A DNA stretch of 35,109 bases from Asterionella formosa (GCA_002256025.1 NKIB01000125.1:1-35109); one strand, 5' to 3'. Counted from the first letter of the stretch, positions 1 through 12,133 are shown. Program-made: numbers and translations. Notes: a model not told the origin generated them from the sequence alone.

Positions 1-59
1 TTCATCACTACAGACAGGCCATCGAAAGAAATGAAATTGTCTGGAGATAATTAAATATA

Positions 60-1253
60 TAATTATTAAATCATTCACAAGCAAAGGCTACCAGTATTTT
101 CATTGTCCTCATTATCAGTTGACTATTTTCTGTCATCAGGAGAGCATACTACACATCAGCATTCAATACTTTATCGATGAAAGGTAGGCTAATTCATCTG
201 CGTGGCTGGTGGTACTGGAAATGCTATGGTTTCCCACATCGCTCGCAAGCAGTCGTTCGAATAATACTTGGAACTTCTGAAGGATAGACATTTGCAACAA
301 TGTGAATCTGAAGGATGCGTTACCACCCAGGTGAGCTTGCTTGCAGACTTGGCCAATTTGATTTTATCCATTTGATTCTTCACTTTACTGTTGTCCACCA
401 ATGTCATTGCAGCATTTGCTAGCTCTCATCATTGTTGCTCTATTCCTCTCATTAACAAGATCCTCACTTGTTGATCTCTTTGATACCAATGCCTGCCTCT
501 TCGCATTTCTAGCCTCACGCCTCTGCTCATTACAGATCTTGAGTTTGTGTTAAGAGAATCAACATTGTCATCGAGATCAATTGCACTTGAACTTGCTTGC
601 TATCCCACCAGTTGTTCTTGCGATAATCATGAGATCATTAGTACGGAATTTTTCTGAATGTTACAACTTCAGGGGGGTATAAATCTTCTGGACAATTGTC
701 TAGCTTTGCATCTTTGATGCCTGAAGCATCCCTGTTCTCTTTCTTCATACGGTATCTGGTTTTAGCGATTGACTTGTTCTTGATAAACACCCAAACATGT
801 GGAAGGACCTTTTTAATTGAAGCTTTGTCAGAATCTAGTGTTTCACCGCTCATCAACTTCTACTAGTGTGGGTGCCACTGATTGATAAACTTAGACTTCA
901 GGTCCTCCCGGAATACAGCCAAAATAGTGAAGTTCGCGTAAAGCAAAGGTTGACGACGAGCCACTGCCTCCATAGAAAAGGCTGGTTGTTGGTGATACAA
1001 CAGCATCGTCAACAGAATCATCAATGGAATATTGAGGCATTGCCGACAGCAATTGAAATCACAATATTAACCATCTGACGGAATTCTAGCTTGGTAAGGA
1101 ACAGCGTTTTCTAAAAAATTTCTAACAACAACCCTCTAAATTAATTCCTTCGCGGTAGGAAACGACTTTTTTGGCATCGGAGAATCTCTATCAGGTTCGA
1201 ATTCCTTGGGAATTGAAAAATTTAGCAAATTTCCTGACTGGTAAGCAGGGGCC
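60..1253 (-). pseudogene. Decayed ORF, possibly the Myb/NAM-associated ORF1 of a truncated PIF/Harbinger element
   Basis: Minus-strand fragments (ORFs 638-856 and 189-407, plus upstream FREDLKSKFINQWHPH..KLMSGETLD and an IGIKEINK segment) read as one protein broken by stops and frameshifts. The region ends near GGGGCC|TAA at about 1248-1256, which resembles a Harbinger terminus plus TSD. The family assignment is loose resemblance only. Confidence 0.3.
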
Positions 1254-1408
1254 TAAGCAATGGCCTTATACTTGGCAAAAAAAGTGTAGCGTATACCGGT
1301 AATGATGGTGTACCGGTATCTATATTTATTCTTGTCCAGATATATTATTATGCACATCTTTTTCATTTTTATGATGCTGGTCTATACTTCTTTACGAGTT
1401 TAAATAAA

Positions 1409-1978
1409 GAGCATCTCCACCGCTTCAACCAAATACCAAGCCAATTGAAGTTGCGGGTCATTACACGTCACAATGTGTTGTGTTGGTCGAAAAAACAAAA
1501 ATATTTTAGCCACTGCATCGACCAAGACCAAACATGCTTTGGTCTTATTTGAGGATGCTGACCCCCTTATCGACCAAATATCAGGTATTTGGTCAATTAG
1601 ACTTCGACTGTAGCCAATTAAAAGAAGCATTTCTATTGGTTTAGATTGTGACTTCTGCCGGCAACCTAACATTTATTGTTTAATGAATACTTTGTATGCA
1701 TTCGTGGTGGCAAGGGAAATCTCTTCAGTTTCCTGCTGGCCGCCGCCCCCTTAGTAAAATCAGTCAAATTCAGTTACGGTACCGGTATTGTACATTGAGG
1801 GGGCTAGGACACTGAATTATACGGTATTTGCTTTAGGATTTGGGTCCATGCAGTGGGGAAAAATATGAAAAATTCGACTACCGGTATTGATGAAGAAATC
1901 CTCAACCAAGTGACGTGTTTTGATACTTTCAACTGCAATTGGCTTTGGTATACTATGGTCGATGCGGTGGAAATGCTC
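1409..1978 (-). mobile_element. PIF/Harbinger-type MITE (570 bp), internally deleted copy of the element at 25971-27674
   Basis: TIRs GAGCATCTCCACCGC (1409) and GCGGTGGAAATGCTC (ending 1978), flanked by AAA and TAA (near-match 3-bp TSD). 1409-1690 matches the reverse complement of about 27400-27674, and 1838-1978 matches the reverse complement of about 25971-26101. Repeated (T/C)GACCAAA subterminal motifs are present. Confidence 0.8.
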
Positions 1979-2333
1979 TAAACTTTCTACCGGTAGGTAA
2001 GCATACTTTTATGTATTTACCATCTACCGATAGCAATGTTATACGGTACAGCACCTGGTACCTGGTACCAGGTACCAGGTACCGTGTACATCATGTGCCC
2101 AGTGAAATACATACCGGTAAACTGTTTTATTACCGGTACCAGGTACTTCGCAGTCGAAAAACTTGTGAAATTATTGGAACAAACTATTACACCAGCACAG
2201 CGTCATCGAAAGAATAGAAGAAAACCGTCGTGCTCTCCTTCCCTCACAAAACAAGCGTCACATCTGGACGAATATAGAGTCCCATGTGAAGCAGAGCGAG
2301 GTTTAATGCTTTCTGTATTGCTTGTTGCAAACA

Positions 2334-5300
2334 ATGACGGAACCTGAGGACAATGAAGCTGTCCTTTTGGCTTCCGTGGGTGGCTCAGTCAAGGAAATGT
2401 CAACGTATGAAGACTCTGTGATTCGGGATGCTGAATTACAAACAGCGCCCAAGTTGACGGGAACTGGATTTCCAGACTTAGCGCCTCTTTCACCTTCATT
2501 TGATGCTCGTGCAGGCACTGTTCAAAATTTGGACGTCCCTCAAGTGTACTCCATTCTGAACAAAATTAGAGGAGACATTGCAAACGAGAATGGAGAAACG
2601 AGGAGAAAGGACGTCTTGCGACTCAAGGAACAAATGCTCCTTGTATATCTCCGACAAGTGGCCCATGTTCCAATCGATGAAATGCCCGTTAGTTTGCCGA
2701 GAGAAATGGCCTTGGAACAGAAACGAAAGATTGCTCTGGAATCCACTAGATATCAAAAATCAACAGAGCGTCCTTCGAAAATTCGAAACAAAAAATCAGT
2801 GGTATCGTTCGAGGATGATACTCTGTCAACGATACAACGGTTAGAAGAGATTAAAAGGAATGGTGGTGTCTGCCACAACATCCCTGATTCTTTGGAACGA
2901 CGAAAGTCTCTGCTCAAGACAAGAACATCAATGATGAAGAGGAAGAAACTAAACGTCGAAGACGATGACGACGTCGTCGAACGTCGTCGGTTGATGCGGG
3001 AACGACGAGATGAACGAAAGGTCCGAAGACGACAACGACAAAAGCATGGGATGACACAAGAGGAAGCTGACGAATTTGAGTTTGACGACGGCGCTGAAAA
3101 CGACGATTGTTCAAAACCAGCAGGAATCGAAGTGATACAATCGAATTCTCCTGTCATCAACAGCATAATCAATGGACGCGACGAAAACGAAAAGAATGCC
3201 GGATTCGTATCCTGTCCAATTTGCAACGGCGAAGTAGCTGTCGCTGTTGGCACGACTGCCGACGAATTTCTCTCGCAACACATTGATAACTGTCAACGGA
3301 GAGGAACTCGAACGACACGAAATCGGGGTCGAATCTCTTATGACGAAGAAGTTACAGCTTTAAAAACCAACCCAGGATATCGGTCAATTCGTTCGCAAAT
3401 GCCAAGAATTGTAATCAAGAAGAAATCTGAAGCACATTCAAATCTAGGTGCTGTTATGTTGTCTGTACTGGACGATATCGAAGAGTGGCGATATGAGGAC
3501 CGAGTGGATGATTGGATCGATTCTGGTCTCGGGAGAATGCGTGAAATGAAAGAGAGAGATGAATCGGAACTACCTCCCGGAGCTCAACTTTACCCCGGTG
3601 ACTTGCTAGTCCCAGCGTGGGTGAACAATCGATTGTTTCCTTATCAAAGAACTGCTCTCAGATGGTTATGGGAGCTTCATCAGCAAGAAGCAGGGGGTAT
3701 TGTGGGCGACGAAATGGGTACGCTGGTTTCTTTTCTAATAGGTACATATGGTAATGCATTGCTCATTTCACTTTCTTCCCTTTTATTTACGCAGGCTTGG
3801 GAAAGACTGTTCAGATATGCGCTTACCTGGGTGCCATGGCGGCTTCTCGAAAGATGAATTCAGCACTTGTGATTTGTCCCGCCACAATGTTATCGCACTG
3901 GTTGAAAGAACTTTCTGTCTGGTCACCTGGTTTACGGCGATTACTGATCCACAAGTCTGGAGAAGCAGATGGTCGATCGCGGACTGTCTCTACGCAAATG
4001 TTGAAGAGTCTTGATCAATGGCTTCAACAAGCACGAGAAGACCGAGTGAACGAAGTGATCGACGAAGAAGATTTCCTCGCGTCTGACGAAGATTCATTTT
4101 GCGGAACTGGCTATGTTGTGGTTACCACATATGAAAACATTCGAAGGGTTCCTGATGTTTGGACTAACCATATCTGGAGTTACGCCATCATAGATGAAGG
4201 GCAAAAAATTCGTAATCCCGAAGCTGACGTTACTCTCGCTTGCAAGAGATTGCGAACACCGCATCGGTTGCTTTTATCCGGAACACCTATTCAAAATGAT
4301 CTAAAGGAACTATGGAGTCTTTTCGACTTTGTCATGCCAGGGAGACTTGGAGTCCTCGGCGTGTTTGAAAAAGAATTTAGTGATCCAATCAAACGAGCGG
4401 GCTATTCCAATGCGTCCCCGATGCAAGTGCAACTTGGCTATCGTTGCGCACTTACCTTGCGAGACATGATCAATCCGTATCTGTTGCGCCGTAGAAAGAA
4501 CGAAGTTAAAGAGGTCAGTCGGATGCCTGGAAAGACGGAACAGGTTCTTTTTTGTCGCTTGAGTCAGAGGCAGCGGTCAATTTACGAAGCATACTTGCAG
4601 TCCGATGAAGTTGTGAACATTCTTCGAGGCTCTCCGCAGCTTTTTCGCTCTATTACGGTACTCCGGAAGATCTGCAATCATCCTGACTTGGTTTGTGAAC
4701 CAGATCAAACTTCATTTGATTCGTTTGTCAGGAGCGGACACAATCGAAAAGTGACCAGCGACAGTGACGAGTCTTCAGGTGAATTTGATATTGACATGCA
4801 GGGTGAATCACTTGTCCAGAGAGCTGGAAAGCTTGAAGTTCTTGCAAAGATACTGCCGTTGTGGAAGAAACAAGGACATCGTGTCCTGATTTTTTGCCAG
4901 TGGAAGAAGATGCTTAGTATAATTGAAGGTTTCACACGCTTGCAGGGATGGAAGTTTGGTCGCATGGACGGAAACACCTCTGTTTCAGCTCGACAACGGC
5001 TGGTAGATACCTTCAATGAGGATCAATCATATTTTGGACTGCTCTTGACAACACGCACAGGAGGTGTAGGGCTCAATTTAACTGGTGCTGACAGAATTAT
5101 TCTCTATGACCCTGACTGGAATCCTCAAACTGATGCACAAGCACGAGAGAGGGCTTGGCGTTTCGGCCAAAAGAATGCCGTTACTGTCTACCGGCTTATC
5201 ACCGCAGGGACAATCGAAGAGAAGATCTACCAAAGACAAATTTTCAAAACTGCCCTAACAAACAAAGTGTTGCAAGATCCACGGCAACGACGGCTGTTCT

Positions 5301-6070
5301 CGCAGCGCGATTTGAAAGATTTGTTCACATTGAAAAGTGACGATGGTAGCATCATACAAGGTGGGCAAGGCACCACGGAAACCGGTGAGCTTACCAAAGG
5401 CGTTGGAGTTGTTGATGCTGATGAGGCTTTTGCAGAAATAGGACACAGGCCCAACAAAGCGGCAAAAGACAACAATGAAACTTTAGGAACTTTACTGAAG
5501 AGTAGGGGGCTCGCTGGTGTATTTGACCATGATTTTGTCGAACAGAACGAAGGACAGAAAAAGAGTAGCATCGTACTAGAAATGGAAGAAAGGGCAATAA
5601 AGGTGGCACAGGATGCAGTGAGGGCTCTCCGAGAAAGTACAGTTGGAGGAGATCGCTTTCAACCTACTTGGACTGGTTCTGAGCAGACTGACACAGGACG
5701 ATTTGGATTCTCAAATCCTTCGTCTACAACCAGGACTAGAGGGTTGAATGGCCTGAACCCTGAGCTTTCATTTGGAGGAGCTGGGTCAGCTGGTGTATTT
5801 CGTTCGCAGGGACTTGGGGTCGGCTCCGCAGGCCTTCTTACAGGACTCCTGGGGCAAAACAGCAAAGTTCCTGGGAGTGAATCGGACAAGGAAACGAAAC
5901 AATACGCCACACTAATCAAGGAAATACAGGCATTCGTGAAACGGTTTGAACCGTCAACAGACGAGATTTTAAAGGAATTTGACAGCGTAAGATGCGACCC
6001 ATCTATTTTCCGTCGTCTCTTAAAGTCCGTGGCTGTAAGGGATCGGGGAAAGTGGAAAGCGAGTGAGTAG
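2334..6070 (+). CDS. ERCC6: CSB/ERCC6/RAD26-type SNF2 ATPase (transcription-coupled repair), about 1219 aa, 2 exons
   Basis: Exons 2334-3717 and 3795-6070. The GT-AG intron 3718-3794 restores Walker A GDEMGLGKT. Other motifs: LFPYQRTALRWLWELHQQEAGGI, IIDEGQKIRNP, LSGTPIQNDLKELWSLFDF, LRKICNHPD, TTRTGGVGLNLTGADRIILYDPDWNPQTDAQARERAWRFGQ. The C-terminus (PSTDEILKEF...FRRLLKSVA...GKW) resembles the CSB winged-helix domain. Confidence 0.92.
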
Positions 6071-7103
6071 CGCTGAAAGCAATCCCCTTGCAAACATATG
6101 TCCCTTTCAGCAATTCAGCAACTTATATAAGTGCAGGTAAAAATTGATTTATCCTCCCTCTTTTGATAATTATCCAGATAGCGGCCCCACCTAAATCCAA
6201 ATCAAAAATGGCGNNNNNNNNNNNNNNNNNNNNNNNNNNNNNNNNNNNNNNNNNNNNNNNNNNNNNNNNNNNNNNNNNNNNNNNNNNNNNNNNNNNNNNN
6301 NNNNNNNNNNNNNNNNNNNNNNNNNNNNNNNNNNNNNNNNNNNNNNNNNNNNNNNNNNNNNNNNNNNNNNNNNNNNNNNNNNNNNNNNNNNNNNNNNNNN
6401 NNNNNNNNNNNNNNNNNNNNNNNNNNNNNNNNNNNNNNNNNNNNNNNNNNNNNNNNNNNNNNNNNNNNNNNNNNNNNNNNNNNNNNNNNNNNNNNNNNNN
6501 NNNNNNNNNNNNNNNNNNNNNNNNNNNNNNNNNNNNNNNNNNNNNNNNNNNNNNNNNNNNNNNNNNNNNNNNNNNNNNNNNNNNNNNNNNNNNNNNNNNN
6601 NNNNNNNNNNNNNNNNNNNNNNNNNNNNNNNNNNNNNNNNNNNNNNNNNNNNNNNNNNNNNNNNNNNNNNNNNNNNNNNNNNNNNNNNNNNNNNNNNNNN
6701 NNNNNNNNNNNNNNNNNNNNNNNNNNNNNNNNNNNNNNNNNNNNNNNNNNNNNNNNNNNNNNNNNNNNNNNNNNNNATTTCAATAGCCCTAAATGATCCA
6801 CATATACTACTTTTTAGTGATATACTTGCCTAAATATACAAATCTAATTGAAGGACCCTTCACCAACATCATCTTGCAGAGACTTAACATTGGTCATCTA
6901 CAACTGGGTTCACAAAAGTGAGGCACTTGGCAGCATTGACTTGCTGAGCATGTTGCACGCATTTCAGAACAGTAGAAGTAAAAAAGTATCATGAAGATAT
7001 CATGGATCATTTACTGTGCCAGTGTAAACTGCTGTGATGTCCTTGTCAGATTCATCAACAGTGTGTACAACCAAGAAGAAACACCTTCTTGAATCATCCA
7101 AAT

Positions 7104-8087
7104 TTACGCTTCATCCATGTCAGTGACATCCTCGTGTCCCCTGGGAGCTTCATCTCTACGAGCACTTAATTCTGCATCTAGACGCTTATTCCACCACTCA
7201 TCGACATTAATTTCAAATGTCCCTCCCATGCACTTAAATAAGCACTCACGGCTTACTCCATACTGGTTCAATGTTGACACAACTGTGGCTTCAGACCCAC
7301 TATGAACTCTTGTTATTAATCGGATCTCTTTGCCCATCAAAAATCTTATGATGGGATACACAACGTTAAAAAACAATGGTGGTTGACAAATGTGTGCACA
7401 TTTCAACTTAATAGGAAGGGCTTCCCCGATTAAAGTCAAAAACATTTTTGTTTGTCTCCGATCAAACTGTTTTGGTGAGTTGATTCTAAAAAAACCCACT
7501 GTGACAAGTCCTTTCCTCTGTACATCGACATCTTCTAGGTGAACATGAATATGATACCAAGCGATTCGGTTCACAGCCTTGTGATTGAATCGATTGAAAT
7601 CTAGATGAACTTTGTTGGCTGCGAGAACAAGCCGGCCATGCGCATCCTTCCCCGTAACAAAGTGAAGGTCTGGAACAATTTTCATGGTATCGATATCATT
7701 CTGGAGGGCTCCGTCAAGACGCATAGGCAGAAAGGCCATGTCTTCAAAGAGCGCTTTCCGCACCTCCCAATACTTGACAAGCCTCTTGGCAGCTTTTTCA
7801 GGGTTAAACCGTTCACATCTCAGAAAGCGAATTGGTGCGCTTTCTTGTTCCACCAAATGAGGGGCTATTCTTAGAGCTTCTTCGTACTCAGACTTGTCAT
7901 CAATACTTGCCAGAAATAAAGCCATATCTCGCAAGGCATCCTCGACGAGTTCTGGCGTTTCTCGCACCGGCGCGACTCGTCCAAAGCACTCATCTTCAAG
8001 TTGTTGTCTCACCTCTTCCGCCAGGGACTCTCGTTCTGTGAGAGCATCTTGCTCAGTGAATGTGGGAGCTGTAAAGGAAAACGCAGC
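7104..8087 (-). CDS. CRAL-TRIO (Sec14-like) lipid-binding protein; 5' end lost in the assembly gap
   Basis: Open frame from the gap edge to the stop at 7104, with RFLRCERFNPEKAAKRLVKYWEVRKALF, GKDAHGR, VQRKGLV, LPIKLKCAHICQPPLFFNVVYPIIRFLMGKEIRLITRVH and MGG, all typical of CRAL-TRIO. Confidence 0.85.
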   Translation of the reverse strand, partial: AAFSFTAPTFTEQDALTERESLAEEVRQQLEDECFGRVAPVRETPELVEDALRDMALFLASIDDKSEYEEALRIAPHLVEQESAPIRFLRCERFNPEKAAKRLVKYWEVRKALFEDMAFLPMRLDGALQNDIDTMKIVPDLHFVTGKDAHGRLVLAANKVHLDFNRFNHKAVNRIAWYHIHVHLEDVDVQRKGLVTVGFFRINSPKQFDRRQTKMFLTLIGEALPIKLKCAHICQPPLFFNVVYPIIRFLMGKEIRLITRVHSGSEATVVSTLNQYGVSRECLFKCMGGTFEINVDEWWNKRLDAELSARRDEAPRGHEDVTDMDEA

Positions 8088-9338
8088 NNNNNNNNNNNNN
8101 NNNNNNNNNNNNNNNNNNNNNNNNNNNNNNNNNNNNNNNNNNNNNNNNNNNNNNNNNNNNNNNNNNNNNNNNNNNNNNNNNNNNNNNNNNNNNNNNNNNN
8201 NNNNNNNNNNNNNNNNNNNNNNNNNNNNNNNNNNNNNNNNNNNNNNNNNNNNNNNNNNNNNNNNNNNNNNNNNNNNNNNNNNNNNNNNNNNNNNNNNNNN
8301 NNNNNNNNNNNNNNNNNNNNNNNNNNNNNNNNNNNNNNNNNNNNNNNNNNNNNNNNNNNNNNNNNNNNNNNNNNNNNNNNNNNNNNNNNNNNNNNNNNNN
8401 NNNNNNNNNNNNNNNNNNNNNNNNNNNNNNNNNNNNNNNNNNNNNNNNNNNNNNNNNNNNNNNNNNNNNNNNNNNNNNNNNNNNNNNNNNNNNNNNNNNN
8501 NNNNNNNNNNNNNNNNNNNNNNNNNNNNNNNNNNNNNNNNNNNNNNNNNNNNNNNNNNNNNNNNNNNNNNNNNNNNNNNNNNNNNNNNNNNNNNNNNNNN
8601 NNNNNNNNNNNNNNNNNNNNNNNNNNNNNNNNNNNNNNNNNNNNNNNNNNNNNNNNNNNNNNNNNNNNNNNNNNNNNNNNNNNNNNNNNNNNNNNNNNNN
8701 NNNNNNNNNNNNNNNNNNNNNNNNNNNNNNNNNNNNNNNNNNNNNNNNNNNNNNNNNNNNNNNNNNNNNNNNNNNNNNNNNNNNNNNNNNNNNNNNNNNN
8801 NNNNNNNNNNNNNNNNNNNNNNNNNNNNNNNNNNNNNNNNNNNNNNNNNNNNNNNNNNNNNNNNNNNNNNNNNNNNNNNNNNNNNNNNNNNNNNNNNNNN
8901 NNNNNNNNNNNNNNNNNNNNNNNNNATCTCCAAGAGTCTTTTCTGGCCAAAGTGAAGAACCGCACATCCTTTGTCCTCGATTTACAGTACCCTACAAGAT
9001 TCCCTATTGGTTAAAGTTAGGATCATTTGTAGTAGTGTTACTAACTATTTATATAAATGTACCGGTAACCCATATGTAGTCTTAACTTTTTCCAGCAATA
9101 AGAAGACTCATGCGAAAGAACTCACGAGCAAGAAGGGAAAGCCGGGAGCAAGCGTGATGTTGAGAATCACAAAATAGAATGTACCGGAACTCTACTGTAT
9201 CAGGGTTTCAAAAATTGCTGGTCGTATATTTTACAGGCAGACTCTGCTACACTTTGTATGACCATGGTACCTGGTACCCGGTACCACTGGTGTAAAATGC
9301 TAGTAAATGGCTGGGTGCATCCTGAAACATTAAAATAG

Positions 9339-9376
9339 GTACCAGGTACCACTTAGAAACTGCCTTGAACCTCTAT
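9339..9376 (+). repeat. Dispersed 38-bp copy of the terminus of the CCA-ended element (25743-25780, inverted)
   Basis: gtaccaggtaccacttagaaactgccttgaacctctat matches the reverse complement of 25743-25780 at 34 of 38 positions. Confidence 0.7.
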
Positions 9377-9895
9377 TTCCCTACGTTCGATCGATTAGTA
9401 CTACAACCAAACACTTGGGCATATATTTGCCATGCTCAACGCGACACTAGGTCATAGCTATATGAACCAAATCGTGTGCTCCTGCGCCGCTTGATGCGGT
9501 CACTGATAGCGCTTTTCATGACGGTTATGTTGATAAATCAAGCAGCGCAGGAGGCTGTAAAATTGTTAAGTAAATCAACAGAATAATACCGACATGGTCA
9601 ATGTGATTTTAATCTGGGTTTTTAGGCGCAAAATATTCTTTGGAGTACTAGTAGGGTCAAGCCTCTATATCATAGTTAGTACAGGGTCTACCTCGTGGCC
9701 CCAAAAATTGCACCCACCCATACATGCAGACTAGTACCATACTCCGTACAGACTATATGTATAGTAACACCACTACCAGTCTTTCAAATGATCCAAACTA
9801 TTACCAGTAGGGTGCCTGGTACGTTAAATCCAGAAGAAGGATATGCAGTTTTCACTTTGGCCAGAAAAGACTAATTTTGGAGCCTTTTTTACGCA

Positions 9896-9993
9896 TTTCC
9901 TTACTTTTCCTGACATTTTCTTAAGTTTCCTGAATGTCATTGTCATTTCCTGAATTTCATAGGAATTTCCTGGAAGGCATAATGTTTTCCTGA
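9896..9993 (+). repeat. TTTCCTGA motifs at exact 20-bp spacing, probably transposon subterminal repeats
   Basis: TTTCCTG(A/G) at 9906, 9926, 9946, 9966 and 9986. TAGGGTGCC at 9808 resembles a hAT-type terminus. Confidence 0.6.
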
Positions 9994-11128
9994 AAATCAT
10001 AGTCATATGCTTTGTATTCTCGTTTTTGCAATTAGAAGAATTTCGCTATTTATTTCGCTGAATCGTGCTAGTATGAATAGAAGATGTCCTTTAGTACTAC
10101 ATACCGGCATACATGAAAAATATGTCGCTATCTGGTGACACGTTGTCAGGAAAATGACTGCAACTTGCAGCAGGTACAACAACCAGATGCGGTCTTTTTG
10201 TTAAAAAAACAATTTAATATGGGATAAAGACAGCTAAATCCTTAGTTCAGCAAATTTACCGCAACTTGCAGATATCGAAGAACTTTTTGCATATTTCTGT
10301 AAAATAATGTGTCAGTCGAATATCTCATAAGTACACATCAATAACAAATCATTCCACTGATGTCAATTATAACTTACATCGAATTTTTTTGATTAAAATT
10401 ANNNNNNNNNNNNNNNNNNNNNNNNNNNNNNNNNNNNNNNNNNNNNNNNNNNNNNNNNNNNNNNNNNNNNNNNNNNNNNNNNNNNNNNNNNNNNNNNNNN
10501 NNNNNNNNNNNNNNNNNNNNNNNNNNNNNNNNNNNNNNNNNNNNNNNNNNNNNNNNNNNNNNNNNNNNNNNNNNNNNNNNNNNNNNNNNNNNNNNNNNNN
10601 NNNNNNNNNNNNNNNNNNNNNNNNNNNNNNNNNNNNNNNNNNNNNNNNNNNNNNNNNNNNNNNNNNNNNNNNNNNNNNNNNNNNNNNNNNNNNNNNNNNN
10701 NNNNNNNNNNNNNNNNNNNNNNNNNNNNNNNNNNNNNNNNNNNNNNNNNNNNNNNNNNNNNNNNNNNNNNNNNNNNNNNNNNNNNNNNNNNNNNNNNNNN
10801 NNNNNNNNNNNNNNNNNNNNNNNNNNNNNNNNNNNNNNNNNCGATCTTTCATTCCAGGATCATGTGTACCAGTAGCTATGCATGAAAAGGAACATTTAAT
10901 CATGATTTCAAATTTATTAGCATGTATACATTTATAACAATTTGCAATAGATCACCTCTGTTTGTAATTGATCACCTCTTTCCACTTTTCAAACACCAAA
11001 TTCAGAGTCGGAGGCAAGTTTCCAATCCAAAAACCCATCACCCTAACCATAATGATGCACATCATGCATGAGAGAGTATACAAAGTATCAGCCTACCGGT
11101 AGCGTATTCTCACAGTCGACCAGCCACC

Positions 11129-12133
11129 ATGATTATGGACTCTACAACTGAATCGACAGGCCACTCCGGAGTCACGAAGCCGCAAGAGGCTTTCGATCCG
11201 CCCGCATCTAAATCTATGGAAGTAAATGACCTAATTGCTCCGTCATTGTCTCGATTAACCGAAGGGCTCCCTCGAAAAGAACTTGAAGCGATGCTTACGG
11301 AGGCCAAGGAATGCGAGGCTGCGTTGGAAAAGGAAATCAAACAGCTCGAAGAGGCGTTGCAAAACAAGGACACTAGCAATGAATCCGCAGTTAGTATCAT
11401 GCTCTCCTCGGAGATGACTCCACCAGACCGCTACTATTCTGTATCGGCTCTCATGGGGAGACTTCGAGATCCGTTGAGCACTCCATTGACTCCACTGAAC
11501 ACAGTTCGACAGCAACGAGCACAACAAGCACAACAAGAAAGAATTGCTCAAACAATGCTCCCGAAAAAGAAAAAGCCCTACTCTCCTGTTCCAGGCGACG
11601 ACACATTGCGGCAAATTGAGAAACAAAAACTTCTGCTGTCTCTGGACCTGTACCCGGAATACCGAACAGTGCACCCCGACTCGGCTCGATTGCTTGCTGC
11701 TTGGAAACGCATATCATCTCACAGATCCGCCATTGTATTTCGAAGGCCAGTCAACCCCAAGGAGGCGCCTGGGTATCAACACAGAATACTTTTCCCCATT
11801 GATTTGTCTCTAATCCGAAAAATGATTTCAGCGGGAATGATAACCTCGTTCGCCGACCTGCACCAACGAATTGGATTAATTTGTCACAATTGCGTCAAGT
11901 TCAATGGCTATTTAAGTGACTACGCTGTAGTTGCGAGGGATTTTGAATCTCACGTTGATGACATTTTTGTACAGACTGTTGCCTCTGTTCAGCCAATGAC
12001 CAACTCTCCTGCTGAGGTATGTCCTCCTGAAGTACCCAGCGTGGTCGCACAGGAGGATGTACCACCAACGAATGCAACTACTGAACTCAGGCAGCTACCT
12101 ACACCGGTTGATAACACTCCAGCATCCTCCTAA
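11129..12133 (+). CDS. Bromodomain-containing protein (334 aa) with an N-terminal coiled coil
   Basis: AWKRISSHRSAIVFRRPVNPKEAPGYQHRILFPIDLSLIRKMI...LICHNCVKFN is a bromodomain with the conserved acetyl-lysine-binding Asn. Single exon. Confidence 0.85.
   Translation: MIMDSTTESTGHSGVTKPQEAFDPPASKSMEVNDLIAPSLSRLTEGLPRKELEAMLTEAKECEAALEKEIKQLEEALQNKDTSNESAVSIMLSSEMTPPDRYYSVSALMGRLRDPLSTPLTPLNTVRQQRAQQAQQERIAQTMLPKKKKPYSPVPGDDTLRQIEKQKLLLSLDLYPEYRTVHPDSARLLAAWKRISSHRSAIVFRRPVNPKEAPGYQHRILFPIDLSLIRKMISAGMITSFADLHQRIGLICHNCVKFNGYLSDYAVVARDFESHVDDIFVQTVASVQPMTNSPAEVCPPEVPSVVAQEDVPPTNATTELRQLPTPVDNTPASS

Noticed and set aside
1400..1672. Similar short ORFs at 1400-1672 (-) and 27472-27678 (+), suggesting a small gene family
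   Set aside because: The similarity comes from the non-coding terminal region of the Harbinger-type repeat, and indels between copies break the frame.
2753..6093. Antisense ORFs over ERCC6, and likewise over the F-box/ARM, bromodomain and LPA1 genes
   Set aside because: Shadow frames of well-supported genes with no independent protein features.
6163..10937. Long ORFs consisting mostly of X (6163-6801, 7894-9014, 10367-10937)
   Set aside because: Artefacts of translating N gaps. Only the CRAL-TRIO part (7104-8087) is real sequence.
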